Position numbers and translations under genes: made by a program. From assembly GCA_964016885.1 (NCBI GenBank), contig OZ024757.1, positions 22,134,001 to 22,198,000 on the forward strand: a DNA stretch of 64,000 nucleotides, given 5' to 3'. This DNA is from Eledone cirrhosa (lineage: Eukaryota). This document shows, in pieces, positions 52,151 to 64,000 of the stretch (position 1 is the stretch's first letter; every line of letters begins with the position of its first letter). The notes under the pieces are model-generated. The model saw only the letters and a list, made by a program, of their open reading frames with translations. It was not told the DNA's origin and ran no database searches.

Positions 52151-52547
52151 AAAGAACCCCTTGGACAAAACACCAGTCCATTGCTGGTACTTTTTTCAGC
52201 TGAGTACACTGGAGCAATGTGAAATGAAGTGTTTTGCTCAATAACACAACACACAACTCAGTCAAGGAATCGAACCTGCAATATTATGATCGTTATTCCA
52301 ACACACTTACCACTAGGCCACACACTTATCATTGTGTATACTGGTGCAACGTGAAATGAAATGTTTTACTCTAGAATACAACATACAACCCAGTCCAGGA
52401 ATTGAATACACAAAATTTTGATCATAAGTTCAACACCCTTACCTCTAAGGGCTGCCCTCTAAATGTACAAAGCTGAAAGTATTTGCTACAAAGTATTTTA
52501 TCCAATGTCCTGACAATTTCCTCAGTCCACCAGCAATTCATTTTTTT

Positions 52548-53005
52548 TTTCATTTTACGTCCGCTTCTTCCCTGCTTGCAAGGGTGGGACGGGAACTAAT
52601 GCTGGCTTAATTTCTACAGCTGGATGCCCTTCCTAACACCAACCTCATTTACAGTGAGTGCTGGGTGCTTTTTTTGCCGTGGCGCCTCCACGACCACTTT
52701 GCAGTGGAATGATAGGGACTCCAGTCCCTATCATCTCATTTCTACAGCTGGATGCCCTTCCTAAGACCAACCTCATTTACAGTGAGTGCTGGGTGCTTTT
52801 TTTGCCATGGCACCTCCACGACCACTTTGCAGTGGAATGATAGGGACTCCAGTCCCTATCATCTCATTTCTACAGCTGAGTAAACTGAAGCAATGTGAAA
52901 TAAAGTGTCTTGCCCAAGGAAACAACACATCACTCGGTCTGAGAATTGAACTCACAACCTTTCGATTGCAAGGCCAATGCTCTAACCACTAAGCTATGTG
53001 CCTCC
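52548..53005 (-). mobile_element. SINE family B with an internal ~130-bp tandem duplication
   Basis: Block TTTCTACAGCTGGATGCCCTTCC...ATCATCTCA occurs twice; TTTCTACAGCTG occurs at two places in the element and marks the junction. Confidence 0.9.
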
Positions 53006-53126
53006 AATGTATAAAACAAACAAAAAAGAGAATTTCTAAAGCTATTTTATTGCAATTTTTTCTACTAAAAGAATCTTTTAAGTTGGAAAATTCCAATAAA
53101 GCCATGTTTTTTTTTATCATACACAT

Positions 53127-53468
53127 GGAGGCACATGGCTTAGTGGTTAGAGCATTGCAATCGAAACGTTGTGAGTTCAATTCTCAGACCGGGTGATGTG
53201 TTGTTTCCTTGAGCAAGACACTTTATTTCACATTGCTCCAGTTTACTCAGCTGTAGAAATGAGATGATAGGGACTGGGTTCCCTATCATTCCACTGCAAA
53301 GTAGTTGTGGAGGTGCCACAGCAAAAAAGCACCCAGCACTCACTGTAAATGAGGTTGGTGTTAGGAAGGGCATCCAGCTGTAGAAATCAAGCCAGAATCA
53401 GTTCCCGTTCCACCCTTGCAAGCAGGGAAAAGCGGACGTAAAATGATGATGATGATGATGATGATGAT
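53127..53468 (+). mobile_element. SINE family B, full length
   Basis: Matches 22839-23180. Confidence 0.92.
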
Positions 53469-53769
53469 TGAGAGGTTTTAAACTTTCTTCTAAATGATCT
53501 CAATGTTACTGACAAGAAATTGAAATAGCCAATCAACATGAAAACCAGATAGAAAGGTTGAAAGCAAATTTAGACCCTCGGGGGGCCCTAGGGTAGTTCG
53601 GATAACAACTCACACATATATGTGTCATCATCATCATCATCATCATCAGGTTTAGCGTCCGTGTTCCACGCTTGCATGGGTTTGGACGGGGGTTTTCCCA
53701 CTTGAGGCAAGAGTGGTTGTCTTGCTCGCATAGGACTGTCTGGCGGGTTTTCTACAGTTGGATGCCCTT

Positions 53770-53803
<34 letters not shown>

Positions 53804-53856
53804 AGCAAAGAGAGATAGAGAAAGACAGCAGAGGTTAAATAGAGAGGTGATGAGGT

Positions 53857-54387
53857 CAAATAATTGTTTCTACTTTTGTCACAAGGCCAGCAATTACCCC
53901 AGTGCATTACTGGTACTTTATTTTATCGCCCCCGTAAGGATGAAAGGCAAAGTTAACCTCGGCGGGATTTGAACTCAGACCGTAAAGGGCCGTAACTCTT
54001 TGCTGTAAAGCATGGCGTCCAACCCTCTACCAATACTGCCAATCCACCACCAATCCAAATAATTGTTTCTACTTTTGTCACAAGGCCAGCAATTACCCCA
54101 GTGCATTACTGGTACTTTATTTTATCGCCCCCGTAAGGATGAAAGGCAAAGTTAACCTCGGCGGGATTTGAACTCAGACCGTAAAGGGCCGTAACTCTTT
54201 GCTGTAAAGCATGGCGTCCAACCCTCTACCAATACTGCCAATCCACCACCAATCCAAATAATTGTTTCTACTTTTGTCACAAGGCCAGCAATTACCCCAG
54301 TGCATTACTGGTACTTTATTTTATCGACCCTGTAAGGATGAAAGGCAAAGTTAACCTTGGCGGGATTTGAACTCAGACTGTAAAGGC
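53857..54387 (-). mobile_element. SINE-A tandem array, 199-bp period, about 2.6 copies
   Basis: AATTGTTTCTACTTTTGTCAC at 53862, 54061 and 54260; the first two units appear identical. Confidence 0.92.
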
Positions 54388-55087
54388 GGAGGTTGTAAAG
54401 GAATGGTCATTGTACACATACTCATAGAAGCATGTAACAACACATACGCATAAATATATATACACATCAAGCCCCATCATTGATAAAAGGTAGCAGGAGG
54501 TGTTTGAAGTGGGGGGACCTGCTCAAAGTAGGGGCCTTATTTGATGAGGTGGTGGCCCCAATCACTTGCCTCCACCACCCTCCCAATAAATACGGCCCTG
54601 ACAAAGATATGTTCTTACAACTAATAACTTCTAACTAGCTACTAATTAATAACTTCTAACAAAATACTAACTAAAAACTTCTAACCAGTTATTAATTTGT
54701 AAGAGATATTCAGAAAACTTCAAACTTCTAGAAAGAAAAAGAACATTATCATTGCCCTGTTTGAAGATTCATTAGATTAACCTAGGGCTATACTGGCAGG
54801 AAATGAGCTGCTGTCTGTCTGTCTGTCTCTCAGTGTCATCCTAGCCTTCAGCTTCTGACCACGATACATGTGGTCACCTCTTCACCTCAAAACTGCTCTA
54901 TGATGTTTTTTGTTGAGGACAGGCTGGTGGAGGTGGAGATGGAATTTCCAATGCTGATTAACTGAAACTATTTTCATGAATAGAATCTTTGAAGATCAAA
55001 AATTAGAATAAGACCACATTTGTTTGTTTTTGTTTATAATACATGTTGGGGAGCTTTCAAGTCTGTTCAGTATTTAATAACAATGAC

Positions 55088-55119
<32 letters not shown>

Positions 55120-55123
<4 letters not shown>

Positions 55124-55320
55124 TGTTTCTACTTTTGGCACAAGGCCAGCAATTACCCAGTACATTACTGGTACTTTATTTTATCGACCCCCCCGTAAGG
55201 ATGAAAGGCAAAGTTAACCTCGGCGGGATTTGAACACAGATCATAAAGGGCCGTAACTCTATGCTGCAAAAAGCATGGCGTCTGAACCTCTACCGATGCT
55301 GCCAATCCACCACCCTGGCC

Positions 55321-55356
<36 letters not shown>

Positions 55357-55750
55357 GTTTCTACATTTGGCACAAGACCAGCAATTTGAAGGGAAGGGGA
55401 ATTCAATCAAATTGATACCAGTACATTACTGGTACTTTATTTTATCAACCCCAAAAGGATGACAGGCAAAGCTAACCTCAGTGGGATTATTTAAACTCGT
55501 AATGTAAAGAGCCATAAGTATATGCCACACAGGATGTTGTCTTATGTCAATCTGCCACCCTAAATGGCCAACAATTTTGACAGTGGTAAAAGTCGATTAC
55601 ATCGACTCCAATACATTACTTGTACTTTATTTTATCTACCATATAATGTAAGGATAAAGAGCAAAGTTGACCTCAGTGTGATTTGAATTTTAGAAAACAA
55701 AGACCTGGAACAATTACCCAATTCTCTATTCTGCCAAACAGATCACCTTG
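55120..55750 (-). mobile_element. SINE-A cluster, three copies
   Basis: Core motif at about 55170, 55430 and 55620. Confidence 0.82.
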
Positions 55751-55810
55751 CTCTTTTTCTCTTTCCCTCTTTCTTTCTCTATCTATCTACTTATCTCTGA
55801 GTCTATATAT

Positions 55811-55991
55811 ATAGGAAACTGTTTGACCCCGACGGCAGAGCTCAAGCCGTTTTGACGGCTATTTCTGGACGTCGAAACGGCTTGAGCTCTGCCGTCGGGG
55901 TAAAACATTTTCCTATTACCCACTCTACTACCCTAGTATTGAGTACTCTGGTGCATTATGGTCCATCTGGTTCCTTACCACACTTCCTTCG

Positions 55992-55993
<2 letters not shown>
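55811..55993 (+). mobile_element. Third fold-back Penelope-like remnant
   Basis: GACCCCGACGGCAGAGCTCAAGCCGTTT...GAAACGGCTTGAGCTCTGCCGTCGGGGT with the same tail and (TA)n flanks. Confidence 0.75.
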
Positions 55994-56048
<55 letters not shown>

Positions 56049-56052
56049 AAAA

Positions 56053-56475
56053 TAATTGTTTCTACTTTTGGCACAAGGTCAGCAATTACCCGGTACATTA
56101 CTGGTACTTTATTTTATCGACCCCGTAAGGATGAAAGGCAAAGTTAACCTCACCAGGATTTGAACTCAGAACATAAAGGGACGTAACTATGCTGGTAAGC
56201 ATGGCGTTCGACCCTCTACCGATACTGCCAATTCACCGCCCTTTATATATATAATAATAATGGTTTCTTATATAGGCACAAGGCCAGCAATTTTGGGGGA
56301 GAGGAAAGTCGATTAAATCGACCCAAGTGCGTGACTGGTACTTTATTTTATTGACCCCGTAAGGATGAAAGGCAAAGTTAACCTCGGCGGGATTTGAACT
56401 CAGATCATAAAGGGCCGTAACTCTATGCTGCAAAGCATGTTGTCCGACGTTCTACTGATACTGCCAATCGACCGA
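56053..56475 (-). mobile_element. Two SINE-A copies
   Basis: 56053-56242 and 56260-56475. Confidence 0.88.
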
Positions 56476-57382
56476 TAATAATAATAATAGTAATAAAAGT
56501 AAGATATATACTTTATATCATCTCTATTTGTTTCATTATATATATTTCGAAGATGTAAAGTTTTATGTATAACATAAAGCAGAACATGTTCTCCTCAGAT
56601 AAAATATATAGAAAATGTATAATGTTTTCCTGATATGCTGGTAGACTAACGAGCTGGACAGATCGGTGACCACCAGGGATATGACTAGAAAAACCTCAAC
56701 ATATAAGGGTTGGACAGGTTATCACAGTCCAAGACTTCCTACACTGCCATGGGTTCGATAGTTTGTCACAGTTCAAGACTTCCTACACTGGCATGGGTTG
56801 GACAGGTTGAATTTTGCCACAGTAAAGACATTAAATACATTTTGTTAAAAATATAGTCCTTGTTGTCAATGGGATAAAACTAAAAAGCCCAGCATGGGGC
56901 ATAAATAAATTGCTTTGGCCATCACTGTTGGAGTGCCCTGCAAGGGAGGTGGCCTGGGGCAATTGCCTCCTTTGCTCGTTCATTAAATCTGTCCCTGTAT
57001 CCACAGACACATAAATACAAACATACATAAACAAACCATGACAAAGGTTTAATATTTAAACCAGTGAATCCCTTAACAATCGGAATTAAAGGGGTATTTG
57101 AATTGGACGAGATTATAAAGCAATATATCATTACAGTTATATCCCAGCACTATCATCTTTGACTAAGATCAATAAATGATTGGCTTAGATCAGGGAGATA
57201 TTTCCATATTTATAATCTGCTTCCACAAACAGCTATGGTCATTTAGATGACATAAAATTTAAAAGTTGCAAGGTCTGTTGTAGAAGTTAAAGATTCTAAT
57301 TACATGCTGGAAGAAATAATTGATGCAATTTGTTTTGTGCCCCATAATTATTGCCATATATATGCAACATAGGGTGTATATA

Positions 57383-57417
<35 letters not shown>

Positions 57418-57499
57418 TTATTTATTCTATTAAAGCTAAATAGTGAATCTCGTTGCTCTGGAGTTTTGCCTGATTATCAGAGGGTCATATGCATGCATG

Positions 57500-57577
<78 letters not shown>

Positions 57578-57884
57578 CAGAGAAGGAGACAGACATTATA
57601 TGTAGTTTCTACTGAGGTAGTTGACCATGATGTTTGTCAATAGCACCCTGTAAAGTAATCATGCTGGTGCCATGACAAAAAAAACACCCTGTCCATTCTG
57701 TAAAGGGGCAGTGCTAGTGGCATGACAAAAAGCACCCTGAACATTCTGTAAGGTGAGAGTACCAGTGCCATGAAAAATGCCCGAAATACCCTAACTACAA
57801 ATCTATACACCTTGACATATATATATATAAATGGCCCAGGATGGCTAACATAACCCCCCCCCCGCGCCTCACCGCTCCCACCCT

Positions 57885-58298
57885 CCAAACGATGTACAGT
57901 TATGTTGGTTCCACAACATCCAGGCCGAAACAAATGAGATCGTGTAGGTGTCACGACAAAAAAACACACAGTCCACGCTGTAAATGTGGCCGTGTAGGCA
58001 ACACGGTAAAAACCTCCCAGCCCCACACTGTAAATGTGGTTGGTGTTAGGAAGGGCATCCAGCTGTAGAAAACCCGCCAGACAGTCCACGCTGTAATGTG
58101 GCCGTGTAGGCAACACGGTAAAAACCTCCCAGCCCCACACTGTAAATGTGGTTGGTGTTAGGAAGGGCATCCAACTGTAGAAAACCCGCCAGGCAGTCCT
58201 ATGCGAGCAAGACAACCACTCTTGCCTCAAGTGGGAAAACCCCCGTCCAAACCCATGCAAGCGTGGAACACGGACGCTAAACCTGATGATGATGATGA
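57885..58298 (+). mobile_element. LINE 3'UTR-type repeat with an internal ~113-bp duplication
   Basis: Matches 60810-61118; ACAGTCCACGCTGTAA..GAAAACCCGCCAG occurs twice. A minus-strand tail copy lies at 53625-53770. Confidence 0.85.
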
Positions 58299-58984
58299 TA
58301 TATAGTGAAAAAAAGTGTGGGCATTAGAAAACATTCTATACAGATCAGGTTAAATAAGAAAAAAGATAATAAAAAAAATGCACCTTGTACATATATAAAA
58401 AAGAGGGGACTTTGTAACATGCTATATATATATATATATATCCAAAATTAAATTAAGGGTGTCATGCCCGAGACTGCTATTTCTAGCTATCAATAATCCT
58501 ATTCACACCACTGGGATGACACTGGTATGATGTGTGTATTTTAAAAAAAATGCACACGTGTGACGGGTCATTCGCAGATTTGCATTTGCTGTGTAAACAC
58601 AGATAGTTAAATCTTCTCCCTTGTTGAAAATCCTGGATTTGACTACTGTAATTTACGGATTAATGGTGAAATATATTTCTTTAATGAAATATATACAACG
58701 AAGATTAATCATTTTAAAAGGTATCTATATTTGAAGTTCTAGTTAAACTTTAATTAGTTACCTACCTAGCTATGTGTGCTTACACACTTTACAAATTATC
58801 CCCTGTGATTGTTTCATGTGTTTATTTATATATATATATATATGTCAATCGATTTCTAGTTGATATATATACACTATTCAATTGAAGGTAACCACTGAGT
58901 ATAAATGTTTAATATAGAAATGGCGTCGAATGAAACAGTTCTAGTCCTGTAGAAGCCATTTCTATATAATATATATATATATAT

Positions 58985-59220
58985 TGATCCATCTCTCAGC
59001 CAGGAAAATGCCTACTCCCCCTAACCCATCATCCTTACCTACCCAGAAAAGCTTCTAGCTAAGATGTTTGCCTGCAAGTAGTCTCGCAGAGGCACCTCTC
59101 CATCTCACCTCTTGCACGCAGCACACATGCCTTCTCTCCAGTATCTCCGCTATTTCACCAGATCTACCTCTGAGAGTGCCAACATTAAGTGTTGCAACTC
59201 TGAGATGCGGCGTCTTCACA
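58985..59220 (-). pseudogene. RTE LINE apurinic-like endonuclease N-terminal fragment
   Basis: LRVATLNVGTLRGRSGEIAEILERR..CCVQEVRWRG...KLFWVG...GGVGIFL. Confidence 0.85.
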
Positions 59221-59439
59221 TTTTTGTTGTTCCTATATACTTGTTGGTGTGCTTATAATTGTTTTGGCATTGATACACTGGTTGGATGCCCTTCCTAACA
59301 CCAGTTCCACTTTACAGCATGAACTGGGTGCTTTTATTCGTGCCACCAGCACTAGAGAGGATGTCTTACTAGACTCATGGGCCCTCTCTACCCCTCCATT
59401 TTACAGCATGGTCATAACAAAAAAAAACAAAAAAAAATA

Positions 59440-59788
59440 CCACAATGTCAATGTGCGTGAATGACCCAGCATGAATGTGTTGAGAGAGAAACTGTGTCTG
59501 CGAGGGAAAGAATGTAGTGTGCGAGAGAGGAGACTGAGGTGGTATGGACATGTGATGCGCATGGATGATGACCGATGGGTGAAGAAGTGCCAGGAATTGC
59601 CAGTTGAAGGACGATGTGGTAGAGGTAGACCACAAAAAACATGGGCGGAGGTGGTGAGAACAGACCTCAGATCGCTGAAGCTCACGGTGGAGATGACGAA
59701 GGACCGTGACAAGTGGAGAGATGCTGTGCTGGATAAGACCCGTCCCACCCTTGCGAGCAGAGAAAAGCGGACGCAAAATGATGATGAT
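59440..59788 (+). pseudogene. RTE LINE 3' end, 5'-truncated
   Basis: RRLRWYGHVMRMDDDRWVKKC...GRGRPQKTW; sister of 49815-50185. Confidence 0.92.
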
Positions 59789-59985
59789 ATATATATATAT
59801 ATGTATATATATATATGTATATATATTATAGAAATGGCTTCTACAGGAATGGCTTCTATAAGAAGATTTATATAATAAAATTGAGGTTAAGTTATTTAGC
59901 TCATAATCATAAGGTCTTGAGTTTCATTCCTGGCAGCACATTGTGTCCTTGAGCATATATACATTCATATATGTGTGTGTATGTG

Positions 59986-60019
<34 letters not shown>

Positions 60020-60403
60020 TGTATATGTATGTATATATATATATATATGCATGTATATATGCATGTATATATATATATATATGCATGTATATATGCATGT
60101 ATATATATATATATATATATGCATGTATATATATATATATATGCATGTATGTATGTATATATATATAAACATTTCCATATTTATATAAATATACATGCAA
60201 GTTATGTAGCTGATCCCTTGGACTTTAAGTGTCAAGAATATAAAGTTAATATAAAGAAAGTTGATCAAGTGCAAAGATGCTGTAAAAAAAACCTTATAAA
60301 ATAGCGTGAAGACCTTTAAAAGACAGAAAAAGACATCTTTTAAGGGTCTTCAGCTTATTTTATAAAGCTATTTTATAGCATATTTGTGCATGAGCACACA
60401 ATT

Positions 60404-60443
<40 letters not shown>

Positions 60444-60531
60444 GCACATACATAACAGCAGGGAATGTGGTGGACGTTAAAAGGATGATGATGGTGATAA
60501 CGATAAATATATATATATATATATAATTATA

Positions 60532-60572
<41 letters not shown>

Positions 60573-60579
60573 TTGTATA

Positions 60580-61118
60580 ACAAAGTGCAGGGCAATAAAG
60601 ATAGACGGTAGCCACGGAATAGGCAGACCTAGAAAAACCTGGGACGAGCTGATAAACTCCGACCTCACACACTTACACCTCTCCAAGACAATGTCACTGG
60701 ACCGAGACCTTTGGCGGTACTCAGTAACAGAGAAGACCCGCCTTGCCAGTAGGCATCTCTAACAAAATACCCCGTCCCGCCACCACCCCCACTCCATCCA
60801 CACCACCCCGTTCTATGTAAAGTTATGTTGGTGCCGCGCCATCCAGGCCGAAACAAATGAGTTCGTGTAGGTGTCACGACAAAAAAACACACAGTCCACG
60901 CTGTAATGTGGCCGTGTAGGCAACACGGTAAAAACCTCCCAGACCCACACTGTAAATGTGGTTGGTGTTAGGAAGGGCATCCAACTGTAGAAAACCTGCC
61001 AGACAGTCCTATGCGAGCAAGACAATCACTCTTGCCTCAAGTGGGACTACCCCCGTCCAAACCCATGCAAGCGTGGAACACGGACGTTAAACGTTGATGA
61101 TGATGATGACGATGATGA
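60580..61118 (+). mobile_element. LINE 3' end: ORF C-terminus plus long 3'UTR ending in (TGA)n
   Basis: RKTWDELINSDL...DRDLWR..V.EKTR motif, then the UTR shared with the copies at 41818 and 57885. Confidence 0.8.
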
Positions 61119-61811
61119 TATATATATATACACATTATTGCACATTAATACATAAATTGCATATATATATAATAGGAAAGAATTGCAGAGGGCAATTTCA
61201 GAGTAATAAAATAGTGCAGATGATACAATCAATTCTAACAACATAATAATGCAACAGATGCGTAAATATGCACACCAACACTACATCACACATGAAAAAC
61301 AGTTGCCAGTTGCAAGTGATAATGTATGAATATTCATAAGTAAAGCATGTAATTTGAATTAATTGCTGCCCGATTTATATGGTGCATTCTAGAGAGTGTG
61401 TCAATCACAGCCGGTAGATTCTTAAGCTGCCGCCATTGTAGAAGGTGAATGGTGAATATGGTGGATAGTGAGTGGTGGTTGGTGTGGTGAGTGGTGGTTG
61501 GTGTGGTGAGTGGTGGATGGTATGGTAAGTTGAAAAGATTCATGTGTTTGTGTGTGTATGTTTATGTGTTTACATGTTTATTTATGTATAATATATATAT
61601 ATATATATATTAAGCTGCTGCCATTGTTGATGGGGGATGGTATGGTGAGAGCAAAAGGCAGATGGTTGATGTATGTGTGTGTGTGTGTATGTATGTTTAT
61701 GTGTTTCTATATACATATATATATTAAGCTGCTACCATTGCAGGTGGTGGATGGTATGGTGAGGGGAAATGGCAAGTGGTTGGTGAGTGTATGTGTTTAT
61801 ATGTTTGTTTA

Positions 61812-61860
<49 letters not shown>

Positions 61861-62043
61861 GAGGTGTGTCAGAAATGTTCCAGGACTGATGTCACAAAAG
61901 ATTTATTTCAAACCCAAACTTCACACTAAGAGTTTTCTCCTTCAAAGTAATCCCCCTGGAGTATGTAACTGTAATCTTAGCTAGCTCTCTGCAGCGATCA
62001 AACTTTTTTCTTCATAATTTTATATACATGTCCTCTGTTTCAG

Positions 62044-62572
62044 GTCATCAAGCTGAACACCGATGGCTACATCTGCGTTCTGAGCGAGGTAGTAAAGCCC
62101 TGGATCGATCAGGTAGCTGCAGGTAGGCCGTGCGTGTGGCAGCAAGACTCAGTGCCCTGCCTTACCAGCCGAAAGACCCAAGCCTGGCTGTCAGAGAACT
62201 TCGTCGACCACACTTCACCTGACATCTGGCCTCCCAGCTCGCCTGACTGCAACCCCCTCGACTTCTTTGTGTGGGGCGCAGTGGAACGAGACACCAACAG
62301 ATCTAACTGCAATACAAAAGACGATCTGAAGGCCAGGATCACAAGTACCTTTAGGGGCCTGAGATGGGGCACAGTGACGAAGGCCTGTAGCCAGTTCCAA
62401 GGCCGCCTTGAGGCCGTCATCAAAGTCAATGGCGGGTTTATCGAGTGAGATCGAAAGAACAAGCCATGAAGACAAACTGACCCAAGTTTGATAAATAAAT
62501 CTTAAAAAATAAAACTACTGTGTTATTTTTTCATAGACAGTAATCTTGCGAACAGATATCGTCTGCACCCTA
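62044..62572 (+). pseudogene. DD37D (maT/Bmmar1-type) Tc1/mariner transposase, C-terminal half with right TIR
   Basis: Open frame 62044-62448: VVKPWI...WQQD-(37 aa)-D with WPPSSPDCNPLDF and RLEAVIKVNGGFIE*; ends ...TGCACCCTATA. The N-terminus and first catalytic Asp are absent. Confidence 0.88.
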
Positions 62573-63064
62573 TATATATGTATATATATGTATATATGTA
62601 TTTATATATGTATGTATGTGTATATGTATTGTTATTCTTTCACTTGAGGAAACAGGAAATGATCCAAAGACTAAAAGTTGAGTGGAATTACCACTCTTCA
62701 ACACAAAGAATCTTTTGATTACAGGGTTTTATGCAAACTATCAATTGTAGGGGAAAGTTATGTTGGCATATTTACAATAGCAACAACAACAACAGTAACA
62801 ACAATAACTATAACTAGGAGAGTTATAACAACAACAACAACTAGAAGAGTTATAACAACAACAACCACAACAAAAATAGCAGCTATAACAACAACAGCAA
62901 CAACAACTATAGGTATATATTTCTGTAATTGCAAAGCAATGAAACAAAAGAGAAAGTTTGGTTTTGCAGTTTTGACATGGAATTGTCAAATTTATCAGCC
63001 AATGTAAAGTAGAAGTAGATATTGAAGAGTATCTCAGATAAACAAAACACTATTAACAATATCA

Positions 63065-63345
63065 TTTACAATACTATTGTATTTTTGTGGTAAAGGCTTT
63101 ACCACACATAATTAACTCACATAACATTTACATTACTCTATATATACTATTATATTTTCATGGTAAAGGCTTTACCTCACATAATTATCTCACATAATAT
63201 TTACATTACTCTATATATACTATTGTATTTTCATGGTAACGGCTTTACCTCACATAATATCTCACATAATATTTACATTACTCTATATATACTATTGTAT
63301 TTTCATGGTAAAGGCTTTACCTCACATAATTATCTCTCATAATAT
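63065..63345. repeat. ~73-bp AT-rich tandem repeat, about 3.7 units
   Basis: TGGTAA(A/C)GGCTTTACC at about 63088, 63161, 63234 and 63306. Confidence 0.88.
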
Positions 63346-63592
63346 TGAATCTACGAGATTTTGATATTATTTATTTTGAGAAAAATACCTTAACATCAGT
63401 ATGAGTGACCAGTTATGGCCAGTTTGAACAGATAGAGGTGAGAGAATTCTAGCTGGATATGCTAAAGGGTTAAAGGGAAGAGAGAAGGAAAGAAGGATCA
63501 AGCAGCATATGAAAGGGAGAGAGGGAGGGACAGTCACTACACTCCAGTCTGAGCTGTACCTCAGCTGTACCCCACAGACAAACCAGTAAAAG

Positions 63593-64000
63593 TGTTACCA
63601 CAAGGAATAGCCAGAGACACCCACTGCAACAGTCACCCCACCTCATGGGATTCCCTACTGATGTGGGACACTGTTACCACAGGGAATAGCTAGAGATACC
63701 CACTGTAAGAGTCACCCCACCTCATGGGATTCCCTACTGATGTGGGACACTGTTACCACAGGGAATAGCTAGAGACACCCACTGCAACAGTCACCCCACC
63801 TCATGGGATTCCCTACTGATGTGGGACACTGTTACCACAGGGAATAGCTAGAGATACCCACTGTAAGAGTCACCCCACCTCATGGGATTCCCTACTGATG
63901 TGGGACACTGTTACCACAGGGAATAGCTAGAGACACCCACTGCAACAGTCACCCCACCTCATGGGATTCCCTACTGATGTGGGACACTGTTACCACAGGG
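63593..64000. repeat. 79-bp minisatellite running off the window end
   Basis: TGTTACCACA at 63593, 63672, 63751, 63830, 63909 and 63988. Confidence 0.95.

Overview
Repeat-saturated, AT-rich animal non-coding DNA (intronic or intergenic). The SINE, RTE-LINE and microsatellite content looks like an octopus (coleoid cephalopod) genome; this is inferred from repeat sequence and not verified. I cannot support any intact host protein-coding gene: almost every ORF in the track comes from micro/minisatellites or transposon remnants. Contents: three or more tRNA-derived SINE families (my labels A, B, C), RTE-clade LINE fragments (APE, RT and 3' ends), mariner/maT, hAT and piggyBac-like remnants, Penelope-like hammerhead-bearing fold-back remnants, and many minisatellites (20, 23, 42, 61, 73, 78, 79, 89 and 156 bp units). 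Main observation: a fold-back retroelement copy at 34768-35090 carries 14 plus-strand A>G differences from its opposite arm and sister copies, mostly after T and never after G. This is the signature expected if an ADAR-hyperedited RNA hairpin was reverse-transcribed back into the genome. Also notable: a twin-priming-type inversion in an RTE LINE, and satellites repeatedly arising from one retroposon segment. Coordinates were read by eye; repeat edges are approximate.
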